Source of the DNA: Sphaerodactylus townsendi
Taxonomy: Eukaryota
NCBI RefSeq assembly: GCF_021028975.2
Contig: NC_059435.1
Location: 78,368,001-78,432,000 of the forward strand
Length of the DNA stretch: 64,000 nt
Direction: 5' to 3'
Shown: in pieces, positions 1 through 12,192 of the stretch
Layout of the letters: each line of letters begins with the position of its first letter
Numbering within the stretch: the stretch's first letter is position 1
The notes under the pieces: model-generated
What the model was told of the DNA's origin: nothing
Seen by the model: the letters and a program-made list of their open reading frames with translations, nothing else
Database searches by the model: none
Translations under genes and position numbers: made by a program

Positions 1-330
1 AGTTGATGTGCCAATGTTTCAATTTGTTGTTCACCACATGAGCATACCCTTTCGCTCATTTCCAAGTTGTTAAATCTACCACGCAATAAAGCGGAGGGGA
101 AAACATTGAAGCGAGCAAGTGTGAGGGCTCTTCTCTGCATTGGATTAGTCAAAAAATACAAATAGGGAGCCATCCTGTTTTGATATAGGGGTATTGAAAG
201 ATGTAAGGGTGAACAAGTTTTCATAGCAGCCCTAAATAAATTAATCCATTCGCTTTCCAACAATTTTTGTTTTAACAAGTTGTAGGATTCTGAACTAGAT
301 AGCGGGAAAAGCGAGTCGAGAGATATAAGT
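1..330 (-). mobile_element. Fragment of a non-LTR retrotransposon ORF C-terminal region, same family as the LINE at 35612-38776
   Basis: Reverse complement matches 38160-38500 and reads as an open frame ...QRRALTLARFNVFPSALLRGRFNNLEMSERVCSCGEQQIETLAHQL; runs off the window start. Confidence 0.75.
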
Positions 331-1402
331 TAAGTAAAATCTGCTACTTCCAAGCAACCGCCCACCCCCACCCCACTGGTTCTGCAGAGGACTTAAAGCA
401 AACCTTGGCTTTGGTATTGCATTTAACAGCTCTCACAGAAAATGTCAATGTGTTGAACAGCCGAATCAACTGGAAACTGAACTTCTGGGTGCCACAATCA
501 GTTTTAATTTTAATTTTGCTGTGGGTTGGGAGGAATAGAATAACACAGTGGAACTCAGATGTGAAATTAACAAATTACTTCCATGGCAAACTAAATTTAT
601 GTTGGTTTGTTTTATACAAAAGCTGACGAGTTACTGGTTTACAAGATGAAGTCAGTGTCTACCTGCAACTATATTGCAGCAATTAAATATAAATAAGGGG
701 GGGGGGGTTGGGTTTGTGTCACTCCAAAATCAATTAATGACCAATTGAAGAAGTTCTATTGTGATGACACGTTATGATAAAGGTGTGTGTGTGTGTGTTT
801 GAGAGAGACAGAGACAGAGAGAGAGAAATCTGCATCTGTTTCTAGACATCTAATGAGTGGGACTTCTGGAGACCCTTGAAAGCACGTTGTAGGGAAATTT
901 GAGGAGATTCTACCATCAACATTAAGAGAGAGATCATAAGGATTTTAGATGAGGGATTCCTCGTTGGGCATTTATCCAGACGCACATATGAATTTTTAAA
1001 TCAAACAGAAAATAAAGTCCCACAATTCTATCTTTTACCTAAAATTCATAAAAATGAACTTCCGGTTATATCTGGATGTGGGTCTACTTTTGAACCCCTG
1101 GCCATGTACTGAGATACATATTAAAAAACCTTTCATTTCAAAGATTCCCACATATTTGAAAAACGCTCTAGACTTTTCGGACATATTAGTAAGATCCAGT
1201 TGGATATGGAAAAGTGTTGAAAGCAATGAGACAGACCAGCCCCTCCCTGTTGGGTTGGCTCCTGGTGAGCCAATGGGCGAGGCCTCTGCACCCCCAAGTC
1301 CCGCCCACCTCCCTTCAGAATCCCAACTGCCACAGCAGCCTGCAAAGGGGCACCTCAGAGCTCACCTTAACTGTTCCCTGCAGGGCTCTTGTCTCTTGGA
1401 AG

Positions 1403-4400
1403 ATGTCAGCGACGTCCCTGGAAGAGACCATTTACAATCTTCTCCCTGTGGAAGAAAAAGAGCCCTACCTGCCCCCTAGGTATGAAGCCCACCCACCCAC
1501 CTCAGCATCATCCTGCCATTCCGCCAGACACCTCAAGGGGGCTTTCCTAACTGGTTCTCCCTTCATCTGTTTTGATCTATGCAACACCCCTGTGAAGTAG
1601 ACTGGGTCTCAGGTTACCCAATGAACTTTGCGGCCAAGTGAGGATTTGCACCCGCGCCTTCCTGGTGCGAGCCCAGTGCTCTACTTGCTGTATCATACTG
1701 GCGGTCACTTGAAATGTCATATTAGCAATTACTGTTTTGCATTGCAGAGGGTAATATTTTCCTGTCACCGTCTGCTAAGAAGCCCCAAGCCCGACTTCCC
1801 CAGACATCCGTATGACTGGGATCATCATGCTCTGCTGTCATGTCTAGGAGGGAAAGACCAGAGGAACTGGGTTCTAATTCTGTTTCTGTGTCTTCTTTGC
1901 ACAAAAGGTACACATCCACATTCAGACGCTCTGTGAAAAGGGAATTCTGGGGGCAGACTAAAGCCTCGGGCAAAACGATGGGTGTGCCAAAGCTCCAACT
2001 ACCCACTCCAAAGGACTTTCTGCAGAAATATTCGAAGACGCCAAAGCTGCCCAAGCGAAGTAGGTGTTCATGCAGCCTTTGCTCCCCTTTTTGCTCTGCT
2101 TGAAGGGTTGCCAATTCCCACGTGGGGCCTGGAGGTCTTTTGGCAGGACGACTCACCTCCAGGTGGCCAGGATGAGCTCACCTGAAGGAAAGGGCGTCTT
2201 CAGAGAGTCGGTCGTCTGAATGCTTTTGGCCGTCTGCTCCTCCTGTTCTCTTATTGTTTGCCTTATTGTCAACGTGTCTGTCTGTAGCCAAAACCTGTGG
2301 TCCCTTTTTCACCTCCTATGGGGAGGCCTGAGCCACCTCTGATCCACGTGCCAGTGCTCATGGTGGCTCCCTCTTTCACTTGTCCACTTAAATTACTTCC
2401 ATCCCGGCTCTCACCCCAAAGGCTGCTCACGAGCGTTCCTGAGAACAGCACTGGGACTTCTGGTTTCTATAGAATGAAGTGTGCTTTTGAAAAAGTTCTT
2501 GCATAGTCGACTGGGCTGGCAGGCAGCAGCAGAAGATCTCAGGGGATATGAGGATCGGGGGAGGGGGACAGGTGGTTGTCACACCACACCCTGCCAAGGT
2601 GAGCTTTTTGTATTTTTTTTCTGTGTGTAATCTTTCTGGGAGACTTGCATTATAAGACTTTCACTGGGACATTTTAAACAGGAAAGAAACCTCAAGGCAG
2701 CAAGAAAACACCTGTGTTGAGCGTGCCCCAAAGAACAGACCACCCCCTCATGGGCATTCAAAGCAAGAAGGATTTCATTGCGGCAAATGCCGCCCAGGCC
2801 ATCGTGCAGGTAGCCAAGAAGCCCACCCGGGCCTGCATCGATGTGCGAAAGGGGGACAGATTCCTCATCGACGATTCAGGGCTCGTTCAGAAATACCTCA
2901 AGAAACAGGTGCGCTTCGTTGTTGACTGAGGTGGGAAAAGTGGCAGCAGAATGAAAATGTATCCTCCGAATTAAAATGAAACCCTGCTGATTGACCCGCT
3001 AAGCCAGGGGCGTCCAACTCTGGCGCCCCAGATATTCATGGACTACGATTCCCATCACGGACTATGATTCCAATTGGCCATGCTGGCAGGGGCTGATGGG
3101 AATCATAGTCCATGAACATCTGGGGTGCCAGAGTTGGACGCCCTTGAGCTAAGCCTTCAAGCTCCTACCCTCTTTCCACAGAACTTGCTTCGGTGGCAAC
3201 TTGGCCTAGGATCGCAGCAGGCAGACAACTTGCATTAATATATTTATTAACAGATATATTGCCTGCTGGAGGCTCACAGAGTTGACAAACATGGACAGAA
3301 AAAGACACTGTGATTAGAGTGCTGGATTGGACTGAGGCGACCAGCGGTCAATCCCATTTATGTACCATGAAACTTACTAATGCAGTCTTGGCCCAGATAT
3401 CCTTCAACCTAGCCCACCTCACAGGATTCTTGTAAGGATGAAGTGGAGGAGGGGGGAACCCTGCAAGTTTGGGATAAAAATGCTTGAAATAAGCACAAAT
3501 GCCATGTTCAATAAAACAGGGCTGGATCCACTTGCATCCGGTTAATTTTTTGCTTAGTATTAACAATTGATAATATTTGTTATAGTGCTCATTAGAGGGT
3601 CAGCCTGGTGTGTAGAGGTTCAGGTGTCGGACTAGGATTTGAGAAACGCAGGTTTGAATCCCCACTTGTGGTGTGGGAATTTGCTGGGTGACCTTGGGCC
3701 GGTCACACACTCTCAGCCCTGACCCTGGCCAGTATGTGCATGGGAGACCTCCCAAAGGAGGCCAAGCAGGCAGCTGATTGCAAACCACCTCCGAAAGTCT
3801 CTGGACTTGAAAACCTCTGCTAAGTGGGCAGCGCCTTGCCAGCACTCTAGACACCTGCACACACAATAGCCATTATAATATGTAGTATTTGTTATAATAC
3901 CAAAATGAGAATTTTTCACAGGGTGCAGTTCGAGCCCTGAGGCATAAACGCAAACGTTGTGAACGTATGCAGGGTTCTTTTTTCTTTACAGGATTTTGGT
4001 GCTGTCCCCAGATACCTCGTGAGGCGAAACAAGGCAGCAGAGATGGCCAAGGAAGAGTCTGACAATTACATCAAGGCGACCCTCAGACAAAAAGCCCCCA
4101 AGCGTGTTTCCCGAGAAGAAAGGGAGAATGTTCTAGCGGTACGGGGTCTGTTTAAATTGCACGGTGCCAAGAGCTGTCCTCTCCACGCTGTGCACTCAGG
4201 ACAGGCAGCTATCATAGGGTGGGAGTCTGGAATGAGAGCCTGCAGGATGAGGCAGGAAGTGCTTCTGGCTTCAAGCATCCGACAGTGACAGTCGGTCATA
4301 AAAACTGCCGCTGTGGGAGGAGAGAAGGGTGCCTGGCGGCTGCAAAAGAAGTATGTTCTTTTCTTACCAGAAATGCACATAAAACAGACAGGGAAATAAC

Positions 4401-6416
4401 ACATGTTTAGAATGAAGGAATTTGGGTCAATTTTATGAGGTCAGCGGGTGCAACATTATTTGTGTGATGATGTGATAAATGTGGTTGGGTTTGAGAGAGC
4501 TCATGAAGGCAGATATTTGACGTTAAAGTGTTTGATATGTAATGGCATGTATGGATTTGTTCATGATTACAGGCCACATCAATCACAAGGAAGCAATCAC
4601 AATCAGAGGATGATTTTAACGGAATTATGGGATCTGAACTGGACAATTAACAATTAATTTGTTAATTGAAGACTTCTCTCTAAAAACTTTCTAAAATCAT
4701 AGTCTCGGTTATGAGATGAATGGAGATTATATATTCCACTTGCCTCCACATGTCATATTCAAGAATATTTTTTTCTGTCTCTCCACCAGTAATAGAGTTA
4801 GTTTTGAAGTTATGATGCACGCATGCATGCCAAGTGGACGTAGTTTTATCTTAGAATGTAGGTGGCATTCCTTTTCAACAAAGGAAAATAGGGAATTGGC
4901 TGCTGCAGAGCGTGGGTCTGCCTGGCTTTGTTTGCTGACTTGGGGACCCTAAACTGGGTGGAAAGCCAGCATACAAAAGTTTTAAATGAATAAATAATAC
5001 ATCAAATGTGAGTGGATTTTGTGAATAGTGTTGCTCTGGATGTTGCATGGCCAGCAATTTGGGACTCATTTAAAGCCCCCATCAGATGTGTTTTTATTAA
5101 TTTTGTTAATTGATGTTTGTTTCATCTATACCTAAAACAGTTTACAGTGGAACCTTGGTTTTTGTTGGTAATCCGTCCGAAAAAAATCGATGAAAACCGA
5201 AACCGACGAAAACTGAGGCAAACATTTGCATAGGAATCAATGTAAATCCAATTAATTCATTCTAGACACTCCAAAATACATACCCAAAACACATTTATAG
5301 TGAATAAACATGGTGTTTAATACTGAAAACAATAACAAACAGGCACTGGATTATCTTCACAAACCAGTGAAGAAAGCCTACATTGCACAAAATAAACCAC
5401 TTGCCTTTAAAATCTGCAAAACAACCTTGCAACTGTGCACAAGCAGGCTCTGGGTGCTCACACATAAGAACATAAGAACAAACCAGCTGGATCAGACCAG
5501 AGCCCATCTAGTCCAGCTCTCTGCTACTCGCAGTGGCCCACCAGGTGCCTTGGGGAGCTCACATGCAGGATGTGAAAGCAATGGCCTTCTGCGGCTGTTG
5601 CTCCCGAGCACCTGGACTGCTAAGGCATTTGCAACCTCAGATCAAGGAGGATCAAGCTTGGTAGCCATAGATTGACTTCTCCTCCATCAATCTGTCCAAG
5701 CCCTTTTTAAAGCTATCCAGGTTAGTGGCCATCACCACCTCCTGTGGCAGCATATTCCACACACCAATCACACGTTATGTGAATAAGTGTTTCCTTTTAT
5801 TAGTCCTAATTCTTCCCCCCAGCATTTTCAATGGATGCCCCCTGGTTCTAGTATTGTGAGAAAGAGAGAAAAATTTCGAAACACGACGAGACACTGAGCA
5901 GGAAATTACGAGGTCACATGGCCGACGAGAGCACGCAAGATCACAGAGCCCGGAGAGCACACCGACGAAAACCGAGACAAATTTTTCACGGAAAAAATCA
6001 CCGAAAACTGAAACCGGCGAAAACCGAAGTCAACGAAAACCAAGGTTCCGCTGTATATATCTTTTCTCTCCTTCATTTTGTCTTCACAGCAGCCTTCATC
6101 AGCTGTCTTAACATTTTCTTGCGTCACCGTGTGGTAAAACTTGCCTGCTGCTGGTGCTGCTGCAGGCCTCCCAGGAATGAACTAAACATTTCCTTTCTTC
6201 ATGCCCCTGGACCAGGGCCTCAGGAGGAACTGGGAGGAGATCAACCAGGCCTTCCAGAGCATGTCTGTGTCCGTGGACACGATCCCCAGGAAGCTTCACC
6301 GGGAGAAGCTGGAGACGCAGATGAAGCAGCTGGAGCACGACATCGGCACCCTGGAGAAACACAAAGTCATCTACATAGACGGCCATCAGGACCCTTGTCC
6401 GAGATACTGGCCGTGA
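1403..6416 (+). CDS. Enkurin-like protein, 5 coding exons (1403-1479, 1908-2059, 2682-2908, 3992-4138, 6216-6416), 267 aa
   Basis: GT-AG junctions with matching phases (2,1,0,0); 804 nt total. The translation follows enkurin throughout: EETIYNLLP..EP..PPRY, KTMG.PK..PTPKDFL.KYSK, VP.RTDHP.MGIQS.K.FI..NAA, GL..KY.KK.DFG..P.Y, GLRRNWEE....FQS.SV..DTIP.K....LE..MKQLEHDIG..EKHK.IY. Orthology to ENKUR versus a paralogue is unresolved. Confidence 0.92.
3005..3146. mobile_element. Palindromic hAT-type MITE (enkurin-like intron 3)
   Basis: Foldback CAGGGGCGTCCAACTC...GAGTTGGACGCCCTTG; 8-bp TSD CGCTAAGC/AGCTAAGC. Confidence 0.85.
5145..6053. mobile_element. Non-autonomous Tc1/mariner (Tigger-like) DNA transposon with a nested CR1 fragment
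   Basis: TA flanks; TIRs CAGTGGAACCTTGGTTTT ... GAAAACCAAGGTTCCGCTG; repeated subterminal GAAAACCG motifs. Confidence 0.8.
5463..5876 (-). mobile_element. CR1-like LINE 3' fragment
   Basis: Starts with the reverse complement of a (TTCTTATG)n tail; minus strand encodes RTRGHPLKMLGGRIRTNKRKHLFT, the typical CR1 ORF2 C-terminus. Confidence 0.8.
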
Positions 6417-6492
6417 TCCAGACAGAATGAAGCACTTCCCCGTCCTTCTGTGTCCAAAGAGAGAGTGAAGCTGCTCCTGCATTCCTCTTATT

Positions 6493-6640
6493 CAGGGGTC
6501 TGCAACCTGCGGCTCTCCAGATGTTCATGGACTACAATTCCCATCAGCCCCTGCCAGCATGGCCAATTGGCCATGCTGGCAACGGCTGATGGGAATTGTA
6601 GTCCATGAACATCTGGAGAGCCGCAGGTTGCAGACCCCTG
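6493..6640. mobile_element. Palindromic hAT-type MITE in the predicted 3' UTR of the enkurin-like gene
   Basis: Near-perfect 148-bp palindrome centred on GGCCAATTGGCC; perfect TSD CTCTTATT. Confidence 0.92.
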
Positions 6641-7044
6641 CTCTTATTGGAAGCAATGAGACCTGAGTACTTAATTTTGAATGGCTCGTGCTTCACCCAA
6701 GTGGAAAAATGAAGCCATTTCCAAGAAGGAAAAGAAAAATAACCATTTATTTAACAATACAATAAGAATTATTGTATTCTGTGAGTTTTCTGTGAGCATT
6801 TTGGGTATTTTGTGAGTTTACTAATTTAATTTGAGTTTACTAATTTGTGAGTTTACTAAATTTTGTGAGTTGACTAACTATTGTGTTTGGTCCTGTGATC
6901 TGTTCTACTCCTGGTTGTGCCTCCTGAGAGTATGGGGGCCCCTCAAGCTGGGCCACCCTTGCTCAGAAGAAATGCACCCCCACCCAAGCTGTTCAGTTGT
7001 AAAGTTTTTTTAAATGTGCCTAACGTTCTGTACATTTTCCCTCA

Positions 7045-7050
7045 AATAAA
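7045..7050 (+). promoter_or_regulatory. Candidate polyadenylation signal of the enkurin-like gene
   Basis: AATAAA about 630 nt after the stop codon, followed by TG-rich sequence. Confidence 0.5.
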
Positions 7051-8039
7051 TTTTCACATGTGTTATTTGGACACTGTCCATTTATTTAGCATCCGTCTGC
7101 TATTTTTCATGCATGATGATGCCCAAAACAGAACACAACATTGTGATGAAAAAGGCAAAAGAGAATTTGACAGACAGACAGCTGGGAACCCACCCCGCCC
7201 GCCCGCCCGCCCCCAGGACAGAATTACATCTGTCTTTGTACAGATCTGCTTTGTATATTTGTTCACCACTTTTCTCCCCTAAAAGAACCAAAAATGGCTT
7301 ACAATGTTAATTTAAAATACAATTTAAACACACACAGGTAAAACAAAAGCAAAACAGTCAACTCTGCCTTGGTTGGGCCTTGAATTCAAATGACTCTTGG
7401 GCCCTTAGCAGTGCCCTGGATTATTCCTAAAGATGGGGAAGAAGTAAAAAAGAGATCCTCTTGGGATCTGGACTGCACAAGGAGCTGGAGTGCTCAGTGG
7501 CCAGCTGCTGCCATACTTTTTCTAAGTATTTTTGTGGATAAAATTGCTTGGATCCATCAGACTTGGATGCTACATAGGCAGCCCCAGGGTGAGACTGTCC
7601 CAGGGTGCTGGTTTGTCCAGTTGTACGAGATGCCTTTCAGCTGTGCAGTGTGAGGATACCAACAGGGAACCTTGAGACAGACCCCCCTGCTTGCATGACC
7701 TTTGCCCTTTCTGGCCCCATACATCTGCAAGAGAGGGGGTGGCATGGGTCCTAAAATACAACTTTTTGTCAAATAGTCTCTGATTGGTTTCACTGTGAAG
7801 GAGTGACTACTGTGCAGCAGGCCATAGGCCCTTTGCAGGGAAAACGAAGGAGGTCGCTACTGTGTTGAGTGCTCCTTGGGTTTTGTTGCTCCCTCCCTGC
7901 CTCCCCCCACAGGTGACACTCAGCTCTTCCTTGTACTTCCAGCTGACCCAAGAAGGCTGTGGAGACCCTGAGCCAGCGCCCGGAGGCAGTTCTGGGGTGG
8001 GTGCAGGCTAATAAACTGAAGCACACAACTATGTACAAT

Positions 8040-8625
8040 GCAATAACTTTTATTAGGCATAAATTAAGAAGTTATTTACGATCTAACCAGGAGGAGCCTT
8101 TAATCAGAGGTGGCAATAAATTGACAAAAGCAAAACAAGTCATCAAAAGGAAATAAAAGTTATATCTTCCACAAAATATTATATATTAAAAATGTGTAAG
8201 AGCATAGTTTTACAACATTAAAAATATAAATGAGTGTTAAAAGGCCCATGGCTATGTCTCTTTTGCAGAGAAACTGCAACTTCTTCAAGAATCTCAGCAT
8301 CAGTACTATTGAGAAAGAAGGCCAAGTTAGGTGATACAATGACCGCAGATTTGTCATTGGATACGCTGCAAAGCGCGGGGGGGGGGGGGGGGTTCTATCT
8401 TTTTTGTATTTCGGGCAATCAAATAAAATGTGGCTGACTGATTCCAGTGGATTCAGGCAGAGATCACAGACTCCACCCTGGAGTGGAGCTGACATAAAGC
8501 AGCCGAGGGGGTTGGCTGATGAGAAAACATGAGTCTTTGCTGCCCTCGCTAAGATCCGTCTCTGTCTGGGCGCAGTCAAAAGATCGAGGCACTTGGTGAT
8601 ACTCCTGTGAGTAAGGGGAATGTTA
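8040..8625 (-). mobile_element. Older 3' fragment of a LINE related to 35612-38776
   Basis: ORF 8160-8687 contains VCDLCLNPLESVSHILFDCP (CCHC-like); the 3' end TTATGCCTAATAAAAGTTATT resembles TTATGCCAAATAAAGGCTTATT of the long copy. Confidence 0.6.
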
Positions 8626-8635
8626 TGGTGTAGTG

Positions 8636-8782
8636 CAGGGGTAGGGAACCTGCGGCTCTCCAGATGTTCAGGAACTACAATTCCCATCAGCCCCTGTCAG
8701 CATGGCCAATTGCCATGCTGGCAGGGGCTGATGGGAATTGTAGTTCCTGAACATCTGGAGAGCCGCAGGTTCCCTACCCCTG
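8636..8782. mobile_element. Palindromic hAT-type MITE
   Basis: CAGGGGTAGGGAACC...GGTTCCCTACCCCTG; perfect TSD GTGTAGTG. Confidence 0.92.
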
Positions 8783-8829
8783 GTGTAGTGGGAACCATGA
8801 CTTACTGGCTTGTGATAGTAGTAGCCATA

Positions 8830-9300
8830 AACTGAAGCATTGCCCGGGCAAGACGGAAGCAGTAAGCAGAGTGGCTGACCTGGGATTTAAGATGCCCCCA
8901 TTCCGGCAGGGCTGCACTTCCCTTGAAGGAGGGGGAGCGTAATCTGGGGCTGCTGTTGGATCCAGCCCTACTGCTGCGCAAGCACGCGGCAACTACCGTA
9001 TGGGCTGGAGGGCCTTTTACCAGCTTTGACTGGCTAGCCAGCTGCAGCCTTTCCCGAGAAGGAAAGATCTGGCGACTGCGTGGGGCACGTGTTGGTAACA
9101 TCCAGATTGGATTGCTGAGGCTGCTTGAGATGTGTTTGGAAACTTTAACTGCTGCAGCCGGAATGTTGACTGGAGTGAATCGTAGGGACTGTTTCCCTTT
9201 GGGCCCATCTATGCGCGTCCCCAGTTTGCTTCAAGGCTCAATTCAAAGCGCTCGGTTAACATTTAAAGTCCTGCATGGCTCAGGAGTCTAAGGCACCGGA
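8830..9300 (+). mobile_element. Degenerate L2-like LINE ORF2 fragment
   Basis: Translates to RNLGLLLDPALL...; later AAGMLTG and TFKVLHG, recalled L2 post-RT motifs. Confidence 0.55.
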
Positions 9301-9347
9301 ACTGTGGAACTCTCTCCTACGGGATATTTCTCTTTTGCCAAGTTCTT

Positions 9348-9540
9348 GATCCTCCTTGATTTGAGATTGCAAATGCCTTAACAGACCAGGTGATCGGGAG
9401 CAACAGCCGCAGAAGGCCATTGCTTTCACCTCCTGCAGGTGAGCTCCCAAAGGCACCTGGTGGGCCGCTGCGAGTAGCAGAGAGCTGGACTAGATGGACT
9501 CTGGTCTGATCCAGCTGGCTTGTTCTTATGTTCTTATGTT
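9348..9540 (+). mobile_element. CR1-like LINE 3' end
   Basis: Reverse complement of 5463-5655; ends in TTCTTATGTTCTTATGTT. Confidence 0.8.
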
Positions 9541-10364
9541 CTGTCATTGACTTCTGAGTGTCTTGCTTTGTCTGGCTTCCCTCAATGATCACTCCTTCCT
9601 ACCCAGTTTTAATTTATTTATGTATTTATTTGATTTGGTAAACCGCCCTACCCCCAAAGGACTCAGTTGACCTAATTGTGGGCTTTTAAGGTGTACTTAA
9701 GTTGGTTTATGTGCTTTTAAAGTGTATGTAAGTTTTGAGTTTACACATTGCTTTTATGACATGTTTTTATAATGTTTTCACTGCCAGTCACCTTTGTACC
9801 CCTGACTGGGCAGAGATGCGGAGCGCAACTTTTCCGTGCCTGAGCAGAGCACAGGAAGGCTTCTTCCTACACAACAAGAGCTGTTAGTTAGGGGTGACTT
9901 TGCAACACACCAGGGCTTGCCCTCTTCCTGCCTCTGGGTGGGCTGCTGGACAGAGAAAGGAACGGTTCTAGGTGCAGATCACCAGCTCCCAGTCTCTGGT
10001 CAAGGAAGCCGATCAGCCACCCGGCTTGACCACCTGGAGGATCCTCAATGGACGGGGGCTTCTGCACGAACGACCAGATCCCACCGACCGACTTTTCTTT
10101 CCCAGACTCCTGCATCGCTGCTCAGGGATGCTCTTTTGCCTCCTTCAGGGCTGCAGCAGCTGCAGCTGAATCCGCTGCTCCTGATCTTGTGGGGGGTGGG
10201 GGTGGGGTTTCCCACATAATTCTGGGGGGGGGGGCGCTATTTCTGTTCTGCTTTTTTGTGAGGGGTTAAGTACAGAATAGGAGGGAACGTTCTCTCTGCC
10301 GGCCCTCTTTATCCCGTCCATGAGTCTGTAAACCTCTATTTTAGTCCAGAGGGAGGAATTTTTA

Positions 10365-10490
10365 TACTTCCAGATGTTATGGACTTCATACTTCATTTGC
10401 TCTGCCAGCATGGCCAATTGGCCATGCTGGCAGGGGCTGATGGGAATTGTAGTCCATAACATCTGGAGTGCCAAAGGTTCGCCACCACTG
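10365..10490. mobile_element. Partial palindromic hAT-type MITE
   Basis: Right arm intact to GGTTCGCCACCACTG; left arm degraded. Confidence 0.8.
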
Positions 10491-11564
10491 CTCTATTCTC
10501 TCCTCCTCCTCGTCCCTTAGTGGTATCTTTTCTAAACTGGAAAAAAACCCAGACTCTCCAGCCTTTCCCATGGAAGAAGAGCCTCCAGCCCCCCCCCCCC
10601 CCCCCCGGCACCTTGGTTGCCCTCTTTGGTGCTTCTCCCAGCTCTGCCCAGTCCTTTTGGAGAGCTTTAGCAATGACCCCAAATTGTCCAGAAAGGTGAG
10701 AATATGAGCAGATCACAGAGGAGCCCAAACATCTACTTTGACAAATACAAAAGCGAGTCAGGAATTTTCTCCTTCCTGCCAGGGATGCAGAAACCTCTGT
10801 GCAGAGAAAGGGGGGGGGGCACCTTGCAGAATCCCTTAAGTGGAGTTGTGGGGAGCTAAACGGAGGCTTGCTGGTGAGTTCATCCCACGGATGGCTGCCC
10901 TTGTCCCAGCCTGTATTTGTTTATGAGCAACCCACAGCCCACGCTGGAAATGGTCTGGCTGCCAGCCCCCCCCCCCCCCATTTTGAGCTCCCCCACCTGC
11001 ACTTCTAAGGTCTACCCAGCAACTCGGAAATAACTTTTCTGCAACATGAGATGGGATTCTGGCCACCAGAAACATCAAATACACCAGACATTCGGCTCCA
11101 GATCTTCCCCTCGCAGGAGGGGTTCATGCAACTTTTTTGTGTGTGAAACAAAAACAGCAAACAGCAGCTCCCGAGGGTCATTTCAGTTCCAAAACCTGCC
11201 TCAGGGGGAGTCTGACGCCCCTCTCCCCTTATGCCAATCCAGTTCAGAGCCCCCCTCCTCCTGAAAATTAACTTAATAAAAACAACCAACTGCAGAACTT
11301 ACCCGCAGGGAGTCTATAGCTTTGGAGTACTTGGGCCTGAAATCTCCAGATGAAAACTGGTTCCAAAAGCAGGGGAGAAACACACTCGATACTGTGTGTC
11401 TGAACAAGCTCATCTGTCCACAAAAGGGAAGCATCTGCATTCAGCAGCAAGAATGGCCCACAACTCTTGTGCAGTTTGCACGACGGCCCAGGAGAGCCAC
11501 ATTGTGGGTCCCCGACTACCAAAGTCACTTTATGGCTACAGCGTCACTATATGTCTCACTATGT

Positions 11565-11860
11565 GCCAGTAGGAGGTTGAAGAGCTTCGTGTATCTAATA
11601 ATCTGGAGGAACCAGGTTGGATTCCCCGCTCTGCCGCCTGAGCGTGTGGAGAGCTTATCTGGGGCGATTCTCAGATCAGCCTGTGCACTCCCACACATGC
11701 CAGCTATGGGTGACCTTGGAGGCTAGTCACAGCTTCTCGGAGCTCTCTCAGCCCCACCTACCTCACAGGGTGTTTGTTGTGAGGGGGGAAGGGCAAGGAG
11801 ATTGTCAGCCCCTTTGAGTCTCCTGCAGGAGAGAAAGGGGGGAATATAAATCCAAACTCT
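11565..11860 (+). mobile_element. tRNA-derived squamate SINE (Squam3-like)
   Basis: Shares core GGGTGACCTTGG.CTAGTCACAG...CTCTCAGCCCCACCT.CCTCACAGGGTG...GAGTCTCCT.CAGGAGAGAAAGGGG..TATAAATCCAAA with the copies at 18515, 21265 and 49600. Confidence 0.7.
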
Positions 11861-12192
11861 CTCCAAACTCTCTATTTTCCTTTGCTGAGATGACGACAGG
11901 CAGACCATAAGCTTCAAATCGTTTATTTGGAAGGGGTGCATTTTATAAAAGAAATAATATGAATAATGCAAACAAATGTGTATGTATAGCTGTAAACTGC
12001 ATCTACCAGTAGGTATTAAAGGTACAGTAACTATGAATATACAGCGGCTATTTTGAATATCAAGAGTAAAACAAAGGCCAGTAAAGCAAAATGGGGTCCA
12101 GTCAGAGACTGGAATTTCAGAAAACAGAAGACCCCCGTGGAGTGGGCCCGCTTTGGGGGCTGCCGCCCCGGAGCTGCTTAATCAACTAAGGA

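Noticed and set aside
11565-11640. tRNA gene
   Set aside because: The box A/B-like sequence is a SINE head; no cloverleaf.
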